Shown: positions 50,516-63,071, numbered from the stretch's first letter. The stretch is 64,000 nucleotides of DNA from Trichosphaerium sp. ATCC 40318 (GCA_038496445.1 JALMLS010000579.1:434001-498000), one strand, 5' to 3'. Notes: a model not told the origin generated them from the sequence alone. A program made the numbers and translations.

Positions 50516-50871
50516 GAACACGTGATATAAGGCGCCAAAACAAGTATGAGTAAAAAATTCTGGCAAAAAAGCGTACGTAACTTAACATGTCAGTTCTGTG
50601 ACTTGTACGTCAAGCTCAGATTTAACGTAAACACTGCAGCTAAATATAGCTAGCTCAAAGTCATTATTCACGTTTTGTTTACAATATAGATAAAGCTTGG
50701 AGCTATTCATAGAGAATCTCTTTTCACTTAGACGCGACATTGGTTGGAGTATCAATAGTTAGTGTTTGTGTAAGGCTAGAATGCTACCCATGTGCCAAGT
50801 ATACGGAACTTACTCAGTTCAAAAAAAGTGTAACAAATGTTAAAAAGAGCCTTTATTGCAAATAACACTAT

Positions 50872-53263
50872 TTATGGAGCAATTTCATTGACTACATTAG
50901 TGAATATCCATTGCCGATCATTAGTCTTAGACGATGACTTTAATCCTAAAACAACAGCCCTACAAGTATTAGTCAGTAGACATGTCAATACGCAGCTAAT
51001 AGCAAACCGAAATAAGAAAATAAACAAAAATATACTTACTGTCCATCGGATCCACCACTACCACCGTCAATAGAGAACGTTTGGTCACTCTTCTTCTCTA
51101 TACGGAACCTACTGCCACCAGTGTGTACTTTAATCCATTGTTGGTTTTGGTTGTTTGCGCCGCAGGGCCACAATATAACATTTTGATTCCTTGCTCCTCC
51201 ATCAAGACAAAAGTTGGTGTCCCTCTTTTGAAATGAAAAGAATCCTCCTGGGCGACTTATCTGTATCCAGTGTTGGTTGATGTTGGATGCATTGTAAGTA
51301 TACAATCTCAGTCCTCTTCTAAGGGCTCCACCATCACCGCCATCTAATGCATAACGCATGCTGTTTGCCTTTCGGAGAGTAAAGGTGTTTTGTACAGGCC
51401 TGGTTATTCCTGTTAAGCAAGCTGCGTTTTGAAGAATATCACATCCTTCAGCTTGACTGGCACGTGAGAAACGGTAGTATTTTGCATCACTTATTAAATA
51501 AAATATTAGAAAGTGCTATTACTTTTTGCATAGCTTACTCCACACCGGGGTCCCCTGCAAGCATGATACCGTCAGTATCGTGGGCACAACCGACAATGTG
51601 TCCAAATTCGTGACCAATCACTCTGTTTCTTCTGAAGGTATTACTTTGCCACTGTGATTCTCCAGAGCTATTCTATTATGTTGTTAAATAGAACACTATT
51701 GTTCAAGATAGTTACCCTAGCGCCACAGACTTCTCCCACATACGCTGATCCAAGAATAGTTTGGCCGCTTTCAACACGTTCACAATCATGAAGCAAGAAT
51801 CCTGCAGCTTCACCAGGGCGGTCACTCAACTTCCAATCTGCGAAATGTTCAATCAGATCAAATCCACCAGCGCAATCGTTGGATGTTACATCCCAGTTGT
51901 CTCCAGCTACTTTTAGGATGTTAGAAACTACCACAAATTAATGATTTTATCTGGTGCCTGCAGTCTGTCTAATGATGAGTTCATCAATTACAATTCTCAC
52001 ATTCTAGTACAAATTTAGCACGAGAATCCTACAGAAAACAAAACACTTACAAAATCAGTTTCAAAGAACCTATTAACAATATGGAGTGCTATTAAAGTGT
52101 CAGTACTCTTTATCTTATTAAAACAGTGTACCTATTGCGACATAGTTGGTAGCAGTATTAACGTTACTTCCAACTCTAGCATAGAAACCTGCATTCAATG
52201 CAAAAACCTTTGTGCACGTGTTAGTTGTTTACATCGTACAAAGCATACCGTGTGTAATTCTCTAAGATTCTGAGGACACGGTATTGGTGGTGGGTTGAAA
52301 GGTAGAGTATTACCTGTGGCGAATTGTTCTGTAGATCTTTTGGAATGCATAAGAAGAGGAAGATAATGAGGATACAAAAAGAAGTACCTTTTGCTAGATC
52401 TGCGTCTGCTATCACTATGTAAGGTTCTATTTCCACTTTCATGTTTACCACGGCAAGCACCACAACCCCATGGTTGGTTAATTGTGCGGTTTTCCCTATA
52501 ATAGTCAGTTGTAGAACAGATTGGCTACAAACGTACCTGAACATGACATGCGCAGCATCATCTAGTTTCGATGTATGACGGTCACTCAAGAACCTCTTGT
52601 GGCTAAGGCTGGTTAGTAAAAAAATCACAGGGTCCAAAGCTAAAATCACGTGTTCGAGGATTAACCAAAAACATCAAGACTTTGAAAACAATACGCACTG
52701 AACTACAGGCTCTATTGCAACTTCTCTATCGTTTATGATGAATGATCCGGATATTGTACCATCATCATGAGCTATAAAACGCAAGTCATAGTGGTTCTCA
52801 CCAACAGCTTTGTAGCTGTTTGTGGGCGCAGGAAGATAAGTTTTGTTACCACCATTCTCAACTACAATCTATGTGGTATCAGTAGCGCACTAGGCAATGT
52901 AGTTGAAACGCACATGAGCACCGGCAGAAAAGGGAGAATCTTTGATACAAGAGAATACAAGTTTGGTTCCGTCAGCTTTGTTGATTGTTAAAACATGGTG
53001 TTCATCACCAGAATCACGTTTTATTGGCTGACTAAAGTCCACTATTTTGTAGCAATTAGAGTTCGAAAAAAGAGCTAGTTGAAAAAAAACACGTTATCAG
53101 TTTAAACCAGAAAGTTGACTTGCCCTGAGATACAGCCTCGAAATCGTATATATCGTCCCAGAACGTTTTGTCAAGGCAAGATACAGCCGTAGCTAGTAAT
53201 ACTAAACAGAGTTATATGTTGCAATCGAAAATCTATCATACCAAGTGCTATTAGCTTCCACAT
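50872..53263 (-). CDS. Secreted reprolysin/ADAM-like (M12B) metalloprotease + C-terminal ricin-B lectin, multi-exon
   Basis: MWKLIALVLLATAVSC signal peptide; prodomain; LGSAYVGEVC; VIGHEFGHIVGCAHDTDGIM; ricin repeats ALDGG...NINQHW, FCLDGG...NQNQQW, FSIDGG...DRQW. Confidence 0.85.
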
Positions 53264-53900
53264 CAGAGTTTTGTAGTAAGGTTTGAGTGCTGCTTCTTAC
53301 GCTTGTTGTGTTTATAGTTATGTTATAAGTCATAGATCTCATATTTATTGCGCTATACAACATAGCGGAACTTCTGTTAGTTCACATTGCAAAGAATAAA
53401 AACCAACTTTAAGATAAAACAGTACCCCAAAAGTTTGGAATACCTGAGTTAGCTTGTAGCGTGTGGGTACCTGAATATAACTTTTGGCTCAGAAAACCAA
53501 CACAACTATTCTTACAACGTAATTTCTTTATGTTGGCAATGCGGTATTTACAGTATTACCTCACAGACGCAGCCAAAGCACTAAGACAAATATAGCATGT
53601 GAAATAAAAAACTGAGTCTAATATGGAATATAGGTTAAAGAGTACGTGATAAAATAGGTGTAATTGCCTGTATCCTGTTATAATGATTTGGGGTTTTTGA
53701 ATCACAACCTCGTGATAAGAAAATAACAAAGAGAAATAAAATAGTTTAGGGGTGGAACTACTTTTAGTAAAAAAGACTCACATTTTATTATTGTTTTCCA
53801 CAACTTTGATTTACTATAAAAATACTCATGTTACAGGCTAAATTCATAAGCTGTAAACCACGTGATATAAAAGGTAACATGGAAGATATTCAGTTAATAA

Positions 53901-54107
53901 TCCGAGGCTCAACGGGCTACGTGAGAATCCGAGATCCATAGATTGTAACATCAAGTCATAAAACAAAACGCTACCAGTATTTATCCTTTATTTAGCTACC
54001 TACATTTTATAGATCTACTGGTTCACCAAATGAGTAGATTGTAATATCAACTCATAAATAGCTTGAAAATTATCCGAGACTAATCGGGCTCCGTGAGAGT
54101 TCGAGAT
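53901..54107 (+). repeat. Two short imperfect direct-repeat pairs arranged A-B...B'-A'
   Basis: A: TCCGAGGCTCAACGGGCTACGTGAGAATCCGAGAT vs TCCGAGACTAATCGGGCTCCGTGAGAGTTCGAGAT; B: TAGATTGTAACATCAAGTCATAAA vs TAGATTGTAATATCAACTCATAAA. Confidence 0.65.
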
Positions 54108-54350
54108 TTTACTCGAATATAAAATTAAACCCCTAGATCATTTATTGTTTGACTATTTTCTATTTTTGCCTCAAAAAAACACGTAACAATTTTTAAACAG
54201 GTTCCTGTAATAGAGTAATGGCTAGTAGGTTAGCCTAAGAATATTCTAATTTATTAAGATACAGGCTGAGTAAAGTACAGTACATGCTTTCCACGTGGAA
54301 CAGCTTGTAAAGTGACAAAAGCAGCTAATAAAAATCAAATGCCATATTTT

Positions 54351-55454
54351 TAGACAAGTACGTGGTAGATAAATGCTTTATTGTTCAGGACATCGCTCTA
54401 AAAGAAGTATAAGAACTTGAGCTGATTTACACTTGCATTCTATGTCATAGCCTATAGACCTGCTCATTCCATACATTTAACTAGACTAATTAATAGTTGG
54501 CAACAATCTTGCCAGCAGGTTTAATCCAATAGATTTCATTTGTTTTAGTACCACCCAACATGCTATGTGGGAAAGGTACTTTGTAGTCAACAACCTTAGC
54601 CAAACGTTCCATGTGATCTATTCATAGTAAAAATCACGTGTTAGTTCCGAAGTCTTCTCTCAAAAAGAGATAAAAACGTTACCTTTAGTGAGTCTGAATT
54701 TACTCTCCAAAGCACCAATGTTATCCTTCAAATGACGAACTTTTGAAATACCAACAAGAGCAGATGTGATACCACGTTGTTGAAGTGCCCAGTTCAATGA
54801 AACTTGAGAAGGAGTACATCCAAGTTCTTTTGAGATTTTGACAAGTTCATCAGCAATGTCGTAGTCCTTTTCACTCATTTGAACCATTCTTTGACCTTCT
54901 CCTGCCTTTGCGATACCTTAGTACATTTTTCTTTGACTATTGCAAAGACATACCTCTTGTCCACGCAAAAATCTTCCAGTAAACTTTCCTCCACCAAGAA
55001 CTGCCCATGGTACTCCACCAAGACCCATTTGGAGGGACATTGGTATTACATCAGCTTCGAAATCTCTATCACCAACGTTGTAGCGGCCTTGATAGGCGAT
55101 AAACTTGCTAACAGAAAATCAAAACATCGTAAACAGAAGACTGGTTTAAACTGTATATAAACACTCAAGAGCACACGTACGTCCATCCATATTTATCAGC
55201 GATTGCTTGAGCATAAGAAACAACCCAAGTTGGTGTATCAGAGATTGCAATATATCGAACTTTACCAGAGCGAACCTACATTGAAAGTTTGTTAACAACA
55301 TACAACAATTCAACAAATTTCTATTTGTATCTAATTTTGTATTATTTATTTCTATATGTACACATATGGGATTACACCACACCTATTGAAGAAGTGATGC
55401 GTGGTTTGGATACTTTGGTAAGTAATAAAATAATATAAAATTAGATAGAAATTT
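54351..55454 (-). pseudogene. 5'-truncated inverted duplicate of the AKR gene (3' half, introns and 3' flank) with a terminal flipped exon
   Basis: 54351-55350 is the near-identical reverse complement of ~43352-44352 (ORF MVQMSEKDYDIADEL... is identical); 55351-55454 matches 43279-43381 in direct orientation. Confidence 0.92.
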
Positions 55455-55472
55455 TTTATTAAAAGTACACAT

Positions 55473-55496
55473 ACGAATTCGTCATGACGAATTCGT
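55473..55496. repeat. Perfect 24-bp palindrome ACGAATTCGTCATGACGAATTCGT
   Basis: Read directly; two copies of the 10-bp palindrome ACGAATTCGT separated by CATG. Confidence 0.95.
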
Positions 55497-55680
55497 GACA
55501 GTAAACTCTACTTTGAGAGCAGTCAATTAACCTAATGAAACATCCATGCAAGCTCATAGAGGCAGCACTCCATGTTAACTGTGTTGCACCGTAAGAAATC
55601 CCAAAAATCTAAGTGGTTTTCAATGCTTCACATAATAGTAAATATCTAAGACAATCCAGCAACAACAGCAACAGCACCAA

Positions 55681-58085
55681 ATGCTTCTCTCAAGATTGTT
55701 ACTCATTCTTGGTACTTTAACGCTCTTTGACGCACTTGCAACACCTTTCGATCTAAACTCGGATAAATGCGATTACTACATCACTCCAACAGGCAATGAT
55801 ACTCTAGTACGCATAGATATTGTGTTTTAATACTAATGAACGATGTAATAGAACAACGGAACTAAATCATCTCCATATCAAACGTTGATGGGTGTAACGA
55901 ACGCCACAGATGATATTTGCCGAAATGCATCAGAAATATGTAGAGTATGCTTCACAGGTACGATGATATCAGCTTTTAAACCCTTTTATTACACTCGTGG
56001 TTGTGTCGGGGAAAGATCACAAGATAATGCGTAAAACCACCCGTCAATAAAAAGACCAGACGCAAAGGGGTTGTTTGTTCACTGAATTGTTCTGACACAG
56101 AAACATACTTATTTGAAATCTAATGCAAAACCGATAGGTGGCGCCTACCCACCCGTTACAGGACCGCAATACTGGAACTCTTCAGCTCGAGGAGAATTGA
56201 ATGTATTACATTATGATTGGGATAATGTTACACGTTTAGACCAACTTGTAATGAAACGTGTTTCGTACGTTATTTTTTCAAAATGTGTTGTTTGTTGTTT
56301 GTGTGCGAAAACCTAATTCTTGGTAGTACCTTGAAGGTCAACCTCATGCTGCTGCCAACTTCATTGGTTTTTCTGCTGGAGTAGTTGTTAGAAATGCCGA
56401 TATTACATTTTACGAATGGGACTTTAATGAACACCGTCAATGTAATGCTACTTCTTCTTTTTTTCTTCTTTGTTCCCTCCCATCTATTGACCATTATCTT
56501 CAGTGGAAGCCGGCTTTGCAGTAAATACTACAATTACTTTAACGAACTGTACATTGAATGGTGACGCTGTGAATAATAATAGACTTAAGTCTTTTTCTAT
56601 TGAAAGGTCCACGTGGACAAATCCACAACAAGTACAAGGTACAAGTAATGTATTAATTAAAAACACGATTACTAACTTTTGTTGAAGGAACAAGTTTAAC
56701 CCTAGATAGCAATGTATTTCATTTTGAACATAATCAAACATTTGAAGTAGTCCTGGCAACATTGAGCTTGACAGTACATGGAAATAATTTCATCAATTGT
56801 AGCCCTGGAACAAAAACGGTAACCTTCAACTAGTCCTTTTTTATCTCAACTGACTAACGCTATCTTTTCAGGCATGCCTTACAATTGATAATGCTGACGA
56901 AATCTTTGAATGGAAATTTACGGATAATACCTTTATCGGTGAAAGGTCCTTTTATTGACTTTCAATATTATTCTCCCGATAATAAGTCAACAATCCAAGT
57001 ATCTAGTAACGCCTTTGGACCTTCAGTATGTTTTGAGACATTGAAACCTTCTTTTCTATTAAAGATTTAGATACCAACTTAGTTCTTAGGAAAGTACAGT
57101 GCTTATACGTTCTTCACAATTGGATGCTACTATTGACACCAAATTGTTTAAAATCTATGATAACACCATTGCCTCAAAACGTAAGATTCGATTCACTGAC
57201 AGTTTTTTTTTCTATCCTTATTGACTGTTCTTTTAGCACGTTGCGCATTAGGATCTGTTTCATACAAGAGTCTCTTTACATGTGAGAACTGTACTTCAGG
57301 TACTTATTCCAATTCTACAACAGAGACATGTTTGATTTGTGACCCTGGAACAATGAGTCATGCAGGAGCTGGTAAGTGTACTCCTTGTCCTCCATGAGAA
57401 CATCAGGATAAAGCGTATGAAATACCAAACCAGTACAACAAACTGACTTTACCACAAGTGGACAGGGTTTTTGTGTTCCATGTGGGATTAATATGTACTC
57501 CTCTAAGGATGGAGCAGTAAATTGTACCAAGTGTTCAGCTGGGTCAATCGTTAATACTAAGTCAGATGGATGTAATATGGTACGAAACAATAATGCAAAC
57601 CTCAAACACTTGTACTCATAAATTCAGCAAGTTGTTTTTTTTTTTCGTATTTTTCCACCCAACTTAATATTTTTTTATAGTGCCCAGCTGGACAGTACGA
57701 ACTTGTTGGAAAATGCTTCGATTGTGCTGTATTTTCATCAAAGGAAGGTTCTACATCTTGTAAAATACGTACGCTTGCTCTTCTTTTTTGCTATGTGTTA
57801 GTGTGTTGAATTCACATTTGTGTCACGTGATTTTGTATTTACTTGTTTATTTGTAGTTCCTATTTGGATGTATGTTCTTATTGGTGTATGTGGTTTGCTT
57901 TTATTAGTTGGTATCAGTACGTGAAGTCTTTTTTTTTGCATTTGCTGTTCTTTTTCATACTGCTATTCTCGTTTTTCATTTATTGCTTGTTCATTTTGCC
58001 TTATCTTCTTTTAGTTATTGCTATTACTGCTATTGCTTTGTTTGCATCCAAAAAAAAGAAGAGATCAGACTATACTACTGTTTAG
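55681..58085 (+). CDS. Type I membrane protein: DUF1565/beta-helix-like N-terminus, GCC2/GCC3-like Cys repeats, TM, short tail, multi-exon
   Basis: Signal peptide; YYITPTGND...NGTKSSPYQTL; CDPGT...CVPCGINMYS...CTKCSAGS...CPAGQY; TM then KKKKRSDYTTV*. Confidence 0.7.
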
Positions 58086-58360
58086 AGTTGACTCAGGATA
58101 GATCCTGAAATAAACTAATTAAACCTGATTAAGAACCCTTAAAAATTGCGTTTTTGACTTAAAACAGTTTACGACTTCATACCGAAACAGTGTTAATAGG
58201 GCCCGTCACAAAAAACTGTATCGTTAACACCTCTAGTCTTACAACAAGTGTGCTTATGGCTGCCATAGGAGTAGATGAGGTCAGCTTTCCTTCAACATTT
58301 CTTTATTGTAACGTTACAACATACATCTACTTATCATATTTCGCCTCATGGGTGGCAACA

Positions 58361-59086
58361 TCAATGCTCGCTGAGACACGGAATATCACAATTTCCATGG
58401 TTTGTAATAATAGTACTTGATTCACCTTCACTGCTACCGTCAATAACCCGAGCTGGGCCGTTCCAACAAAAATAGTATGAATTATGGATACGAACTTCAG
58501 AAAACCTCCAACGGTCGTTACCAATAATCTTTACTTCGACACCATATAATCCTCTATGAGGCTCCTGCACTGGTTGATTTCTCAAGTAAAAAAAATCACG
58601 TGCGCCGACGATAAAATCGTCTTTGTGTGGGTTGTCGATGTTATCACTCCAAGCCGAATTGGATCCATCGTTGTATACGTATCGGTATCTGATAGGCGAG
58701 TCTGAACCGTCACTAGCACCGCTCTCTGTTTGAGTTACAATGAAGGTATCTCCGGTATGTTCTTTGTCATGTTCCTGAGGTCTAATCTTCCTATACAGAT
58801 CTCCTCTAGTGTCAGTCACCCTCAAATTGCAACTATACTTTAAAAACACATCACAACTACTTCCTCCGTAGCTCCTAAAGAAGCCACAAAGATGAAGCTC
58901 ATCGCATATTTTTTGGCACTCTTCTTTAGAAGCAGATGTTGTAAAAAAACACCCTCCTGGATTACTGGAGCAAGGAAAGCACGTGTAATATGACCCAATT
59001 TTATAACTATAGAAGGCGTTTGTCGCATGGGAGTGCGATAAGTAGATACCAACGAAAATTGAGAATAGTATAGTTGAGACTGTCAT
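58361..59086 (-). CDS. Secreted protein with PAN/apple-like Cys domain + PLAT/LH2-like domain, intronless
   Basis: Signal peptide; SKEECQKICDELHLCGFF...SCDVF; VTQTESGASDGSDS...IDNPHKDDFIVGARDFF...GNDRWRFSEVRI. Confidence 0.65.
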   Translation of the reverse strand: MTVSTILFSIFVGIYLSHSHATNAFYSYKIGSYYTCFPCSSNPGGCFFTTSASKEECQKICDELHLCGFFRSYGGSSCDVFLKYSCNLRVTDTRGDLYRKIRPQEHDKEHTGDTFIVTQTESGASDGSDSPIRYRYVYNDGSNSAWSDNIDNPHKDDFIVGARDFFYLRNQPVQEPHRGLYGVEVKIIGNDRWRFSEVRIHNSYYFCWNGPARVIDGSSEGESSTIITNHGNCDIPCLSEH

Positions 59087-59435
59087 CAGAGCTCTTAGTG
59101 CTTTTATGCTTTATGAACTTGCTTCTTTGTAATTTTGGACCGATGTTGAATAATTGGAGTAATTATTTGTGATTTTACCGATTCTTTTCTCTTTCCTGAA
59201 TTAAACCGTAGTCTTTATGTAACAAAAAACATGTAATACTGCGGTACATCACGTCATGTTGTCTTATATTTTTCTTTGATTGAACACATTTCCAGTTTTC
59301 AGTTTTTAAATAACTCCGTTTGTGTAGCTATGCTTGGGAGCCACAAAACACCGTGTCTTTCTTCCCAGGTGTATTCCTTATAATGACGCTATACTTGTTA
59401 ACAAAGTTGTGACTCTAGGTTATCAAAAAAAAGCT

Positions 59436-59543
59436 ACATCACCGCCAACAACATCACCTCCTATAACGTCACCGCCCACAACATAGCTTCCTACCCTTGT
59501 CTCCAACAACAATACCTCCAACAACATCGCTTCCTACAACGCC
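59436..59543 (+). repeat. Degenerate 15-nt tandem repeat encoding TSPPT-type units, interrupted by a stop
   Basis: ACATCACCGCCAACA ACATCACCTCCTATA ACGTCACCGCCCACA ACATAGCTTCCTACC ... ACATCGCTTCCTACA. Confidence 0.7.
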
Positions 59544-59891
59544 TTTTTGCTCCTTCCCAACAAAAATGTGTTTGGCTATTCGAAAGGGTTTTCACATAAT
59601 GCCTTGTTGATGCTATGAGTTCTGGTTAGAGTGCCCTATAGCTGTAACATTTGATCAAAAGGCTCCGGGACTTGATAAAATTTTACTCAATGTTGCTAAC
59701 ATAAGCTCATGTGATGACTTTATTATAATACACAGCTATTCTACATCACAAGAGCACTTAACCAAAAATTCAATTCTGTACACAACATGCATTTTGAAAT
59801 CACCTTTAATACAAGAGTAGCATATACTCACGTTAATGAACTTCGCTACACAAGTATAATGATAAACAATCTTTCATTTTAATAAAAGACG

Positions 59892-62800
59892 TTAATCCAA
59901 CTTGATCATGAACGCAACTAAGAAGAATAAGTCAAGGTAACTTAAGTTGGACTGAAGAGAAAAAAAAGAAAAACAGTCGACTTGAACTACGTACTATTCT
60001 CAGCAACTTGAGAGGTTACAGACCCCTTAACTTGGAGCCTATCTAATGCACCTCTAACCATAGCACATGTTAACCGTAGAAAGTTATCATGATACTTGAA
60101 AGGTAAGGTGGCTAATGGAGTGAAGTCCTTTATTTGAAGAATAAAAGCTTGTCCATTACTTATCAATCTATCAACTTTAACACCAAAAATCTTAACCCAA
60201 AACCTCTATTAATACACAATAAGTACACAAGAACCTAAGGTAATAGTATGACGTACCCTACAAATGAACTTGACAACCTTTATTTTATTACCAAGCCAGT
60301 CATCTGAAACTGTTTTATCCCTTCAAAAACAGTCAACAAAAAAAATCAAAACTCTGTTCATCAAACGCACCCATTTGTAACAGATTTACCAAGGAGATTA
60401 CCAAGTTCTTCTGTAGCTTTTACTTGTATACTACCAGTCTTTCTTGAGAGAATATCAAAAGCTTTCTCGATAGCATCAAGACTTAAAGCAGAACGTTTAA
60501 GTTTTAAGTTCAAAGATTTTTTAGCTGCATCACCGACGACTTCCTATAAGAAAAAATACATTGTAAGTACTCACAAGGGAGCAAGAGATAGAGAAGATAC
60601 GAATAAAAGCATACGTCTATGTTTATAGTAGCCATATCATGTACTCTGTTGAATACTTGGAACATTGCATGAGATTCTTTGCTTATTTTACCTTGAGCTA
60701 CTAAAGAAGAAGCAAGCGCTCTTTTTGTTTCTAAAAATACAAGCTCCTCCATCTCTGACAGTAATGTATGTGCTTTTTGATGTTTCTCATATATGAGATC
60801 AATATATGTCTCAAAGTATGCGAGAAATAATTGAGTATCAGCAAATCTATCAAAGAAAAGACGATGACTTGATGGAATATTCAAAATAACATTTTCCAAA
60901 GCCTCTTCGTCTCCAACGCTGTAATAAAACGGTCAGTACTATGATCACCACTAATATAATATTAAAGACGTACTCTAGCTTCTCAGAAGTAGGCATGGCA
61001 TCACTAAAGACAGTGATCAAATCAACAAGATATCCTTCAATAATTTTTGTAATTTGTTTAACAGCTTCGTCTTCCTTTGCTGTACATTTAAAAGGATGCT
61101 TTAGCTTATCATCATGTGTAACAGCATCACATATATTTCTTGTAGGTCTTCTTAACTTCTTAAGAAGATCACTACTATTAGGAAGTATTTTAGATACTGT
61201 AAAATCACTAGGACATCTACAAGTGTCTTTATCAATATCAACAATGATGTGTTCTGAGAATTGCTCGTATTCGACGATAGAAGGCAGAGATGTAAGGCCA
61301 ATTACATATGGTACTAAGTTACCAAGTAAGCAAAACAAACCAGCATTATGAAGAAAGAAAAAACATACCAGGAGCCTCCATACAAGTCTGATATTTTTCG
61401 CTTTCTGGAAGAATAGGAATAAAAGCTCCTTAAAAAATAACTGTAAGTCATCGTTTAAATTATACATGTCACTAAATACCTTGTATAATAAATGGTCGAA
61501 CTGCTGGTATCAACGATAGGCTATACAAGTTAGTTATATCGCAAATAGACAGATATTCGAAGAGAACTTAAGTACGGCCTACCTTATAGCTGATAATACA
61601 CCAGGGTGTTCACTAACCAACAGAATCTGACGTTCAAGTAAAGTTGCAGCCAGAAGAAGCAATACATTGTCCAGGGACAATAACCTAAACATTGCAGCCA
61701 TAGCAAACTCTGCTGTTAGTTTACTCTCATCACCAGCCTAGAAAGTGTCAGAACATAGAATTCAACAACACGCTAAAGAGTTCCGTACAGGGCATTGAAA
61801 GTCTATTGTTAAAAGGTCTCCAGGTAGTTGAAAAGACACACTTTGATCTTCAAGAGGCACTTTCTGATTGTGGTACACGGTTAACGTCTCTTTTATGCCA
61901 TCAAAAAATTCTGTAAAAAAAAAGAAATAAGTTAGTTCATAAAACAATGAAAAAACCAACGTACTGCTCTCTACAGTTCGCTCTGATGTCACTGCCGCAC
62001 GTGTACCTTTAAGAGCACGTCTACCAGCGTTTACATCAATAACAAGATATCGTTGTTTTGCTGTAAACAAAGAAATTAGACAAAGCAAACAAAAAAAAAA
62101 AAAGATTATTAAAAAAACTGCGTACCAATAATGCTGTAAAGCACTTCAAAGTGAAGTTTAAAGAATGGAAATCTAGTAATAATACAATAACATCTAGGAG
62201 CAAATTTTGCTGTTTCTTGACGGCTCTTTGCGAACTTTGAACGTAAATAATCAGAAGTCGTTTCGTTTGTTTTTGTTTCTTCACAATCTTGAATCATGAC
62301 AGATGTCACTACGCATATACCATAGTATAACTGTTCTCCTCCTGTAAAAAGAAATACATACGACGAGTCGCTATCTTGATACGCGTTTAAATTCCCATAG
62401 AGTGTCTAGAAAGTCGTTACAACGCTATAGAAAATACAACCAAGTAACATACTTCGTTAATAGCGGTATGAGACGCCGTTTTAGGTACAACCTTTACATT
62501 AAATCCTTTCGGGAAACAGAAATCAATTACGTTCGGTAGAGGCTCCCTACGAAGTATATTAACTACTGAAACAGTGCATTCAAAGATTTTACATACACAT
62601 CACTGGGAAAATGGTGCCGAATCTTTGGTTCGTCTCCTATGCCAGCGCCAATTATAGTGAAATAATCAAAAAACGATCCTCCACGTTCAGGTGTAAAAGA
62701 ATTAGCCAAACAATATTTGGATGATGATTTTAACGCCAGATTGCGTGGGCTCTGTAGTTGTTCGGTCAATTGTGCTTGTATCGCGTCCATGCCGTCATAA

Positions 62801-63071
62801 AATTCTGTTGGTGCCCCAACAGTGTCTACATGATCCAAAACTGTTCTTAGCGTATGTGCGCGGTCTCTTGCCTATTATAAATTAGAATTTGCTGACATTT
62901 TTAAACTTACGGCAGGGGAGAGCTCAGAAAGGTTCGTTACGCTAAATAATAAGAATGAGCGTATAAAATGTAAAAAAGATTGTCCCACCTTTTAGAAAAA
63001 CTCGATTCCGTCTTCAACGCTCTGGAGCGTATGGTAGCCATTGAGGCAATGTCCATAGCGACGTTCGTCAT
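59892..63071 (-). CDS. DENN-domain protein with a C-terminal TRAPPC6/Trs33 (Bet3-family)-like domain, multi-exon
   Basis: uDENN FFDYFTIIG...IDFCFPKG...YVFLFTG...YYGICV; RCYCIITRFPFFKLHFEVL; LFRLLSLDNVLLLLAATLLERQILLVS; dDENN FFDRFADTQLF; then EELGNLLG...VKFICRRFWVKIFGVKVDRL...LTCAMVRGALDRL. Confidence 0.82.
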
